NCBI GenBank assembly: GCA_012295275.1
Contig: CM022676.1
Location: 2,170,001 to 2,234,000 of the forward strand
Reading direction: 5' to 3'
Length of the DNA: 64,000 nucleotides
Source of the DNA: Chrysomallon squamiferum
Lineage: Eukaryota; Animalia; Mollusca
Shown here: piece by piece, positions 62,549 to 64,000 of the stretch
Layout of the letters: each line of letters begins with the position of its first letter
How positions within the stretch are numbered: the first letter of the stretch is position 1
Made by a program: the position numbers and the translations under genes
Notes under the pieces: model-generated
Told to the model about the DNA's origin: nothing
Database searches by the model: none
Seen by the model: the letters and a program-made list of their open reading frames with translations, nothing else

Positions 62549-63848
62549 CTTGCGTATTCCTCTCATTCTCATGCAAACATAAATCAAACATATACATACG
62601 CCTCTGTTGTACTTTTTTCTTTTCTTGATACTTACAAAGTCTTGTGTACGTAAAACAATTTACACATTGATTAATGCTGAGATTTGAAGATATCAATAAT
62701 CTAGCGACATTGGTGAATACACGCCCATCTGTGACGTGTTTGATGTTTAACACAAGGTGGAAGCTGTATCGTAACATTCTCCTGTGACTTCAGCTCTTTT
62801 ACAATTCGGTCATTCGGCTTCGTCACGATGGTAAGTTTATTTTATTTCCTTTGTTCGTTCCTTGCATACAACAGTATTTTAAATGATCAGTCCATCCTCA
62901 AAATCTATTTATGGCCAAGGATTGTCATCTAATAAATAACTTGAGAAGATTAACATCAACATAAAAGAGAATTATATTTAATTAGTAAAACAAATAATTT
63001 GATTTTTCCTACAAAGCAATTCCTCATAATGCTATTTTATCTTTTTTATTATTATTATTTTTTTATTTTACTTATTTTTTTATTTACTTTTTTATTGTTA
63101 TTGTTTTTGTTTGTTAATGTAATTTTATTAATTTAAATACGAAAATATATTTATACATATATCATTAGTCTGGACAACCAATACCTCAGTCACTGATAGA
63201 GGGTTGGAATGGAAAACTTTGAGATCATCTGTGAGAAATACTTTTTACGATGTAGATGTCTTGACTTAACCACTGTATCGGTCGCAGTGAAAGAGATGAT
63301 TAAGCTACTAAAACATTCAACACAAGAAAAGACTGATTGTTTATACTCGTCATTATTTACATATTCACTAAGAAAAACGATGAAAACTGCTGGATGTAAT
63401 TGTAGAAGTCATGTTTTATAATTATACTTTTTCTGAGACAACACATACACCTCATCCTCGTACAATCATCAACGCTGTACTAGATAAAAGTGACGAGCCA
63501 AGGGTGAATTAATTCTGATGCAACATAATCTCAACGTTCGCTTGTTAATTATTTACAATAATTAAATAAATGCTGCCAGTACGTTTTCCGTTTATTTTCA
63601 ACGTTTTTCGGATGAATAATTGTCCACAAAACACACTGACGCACGCGGATCCACATGCACGCACATACAACTAAAAAACAACCTGTCTCGTACAAATAAA
63701 TGACTTATCGTAAAGTGTCCTATATTTAGTTCAGAGAACAAACATAACAAACCAATCGTTAAGTAAAACAAAGTGAAAAAATTAAAATTTCCAGTAATAT
63801 GTACTTGTCCAAAATAAAGAATAATTATAATGTGTGTGTGTGTGAGAA

Positions 63849-63984
<136 letters not shown>

Positions 63985-64000
63985 ATATACAAAGAAATGA

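Overview
Eukaryotic, very AT-rich, microsatellite-dense animal DNA. It is probably molluscan, which is an inference from gene content only. Most long ORFs in the supplied track are repeat artefacts; the real genes are spliced and were rebuilt by hand from GT-AG sites and reading phase. (1) Minus-strand secreted mosaic protein, signal peptide-PAN/apple-truncated EGF-CCP-CCP-degenerate galectin domain (7351 to <650), whose 3' end runs off the left edge. (2) A CpG-rich 36-bp minisatellite (~10047-11426). (3) A compact 3-exon minus-strand gene for a 134-aa secreted Gly-rich protein with a lustrin/WR1-like 6-Cys motif and a TATA promoter (17859-14766). (4) Relics of Tc1/mariner, Tigger/pogo and MITE elements. 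(5) A 7-exon divergent PIM-family kinase (32126-37301) with an SH4-like N-terminus, remodelled substrate and activation-loop residues, and a 50-bp minisatellite that copies one of its splice donors. (6) A ~6.7-kb-period tandem array of GT14 core-2/I-branching beta-1,6-GlcNAc transferase genes (~39090 to the window end): one internally deleted pseudogene, two near-identical copies, one diverged copy and the start of a further unit. The array uses first exons that code only ATG. No rRNA, tRNA or CRISPR was seen. All family calls come from motif recognition without database searches.
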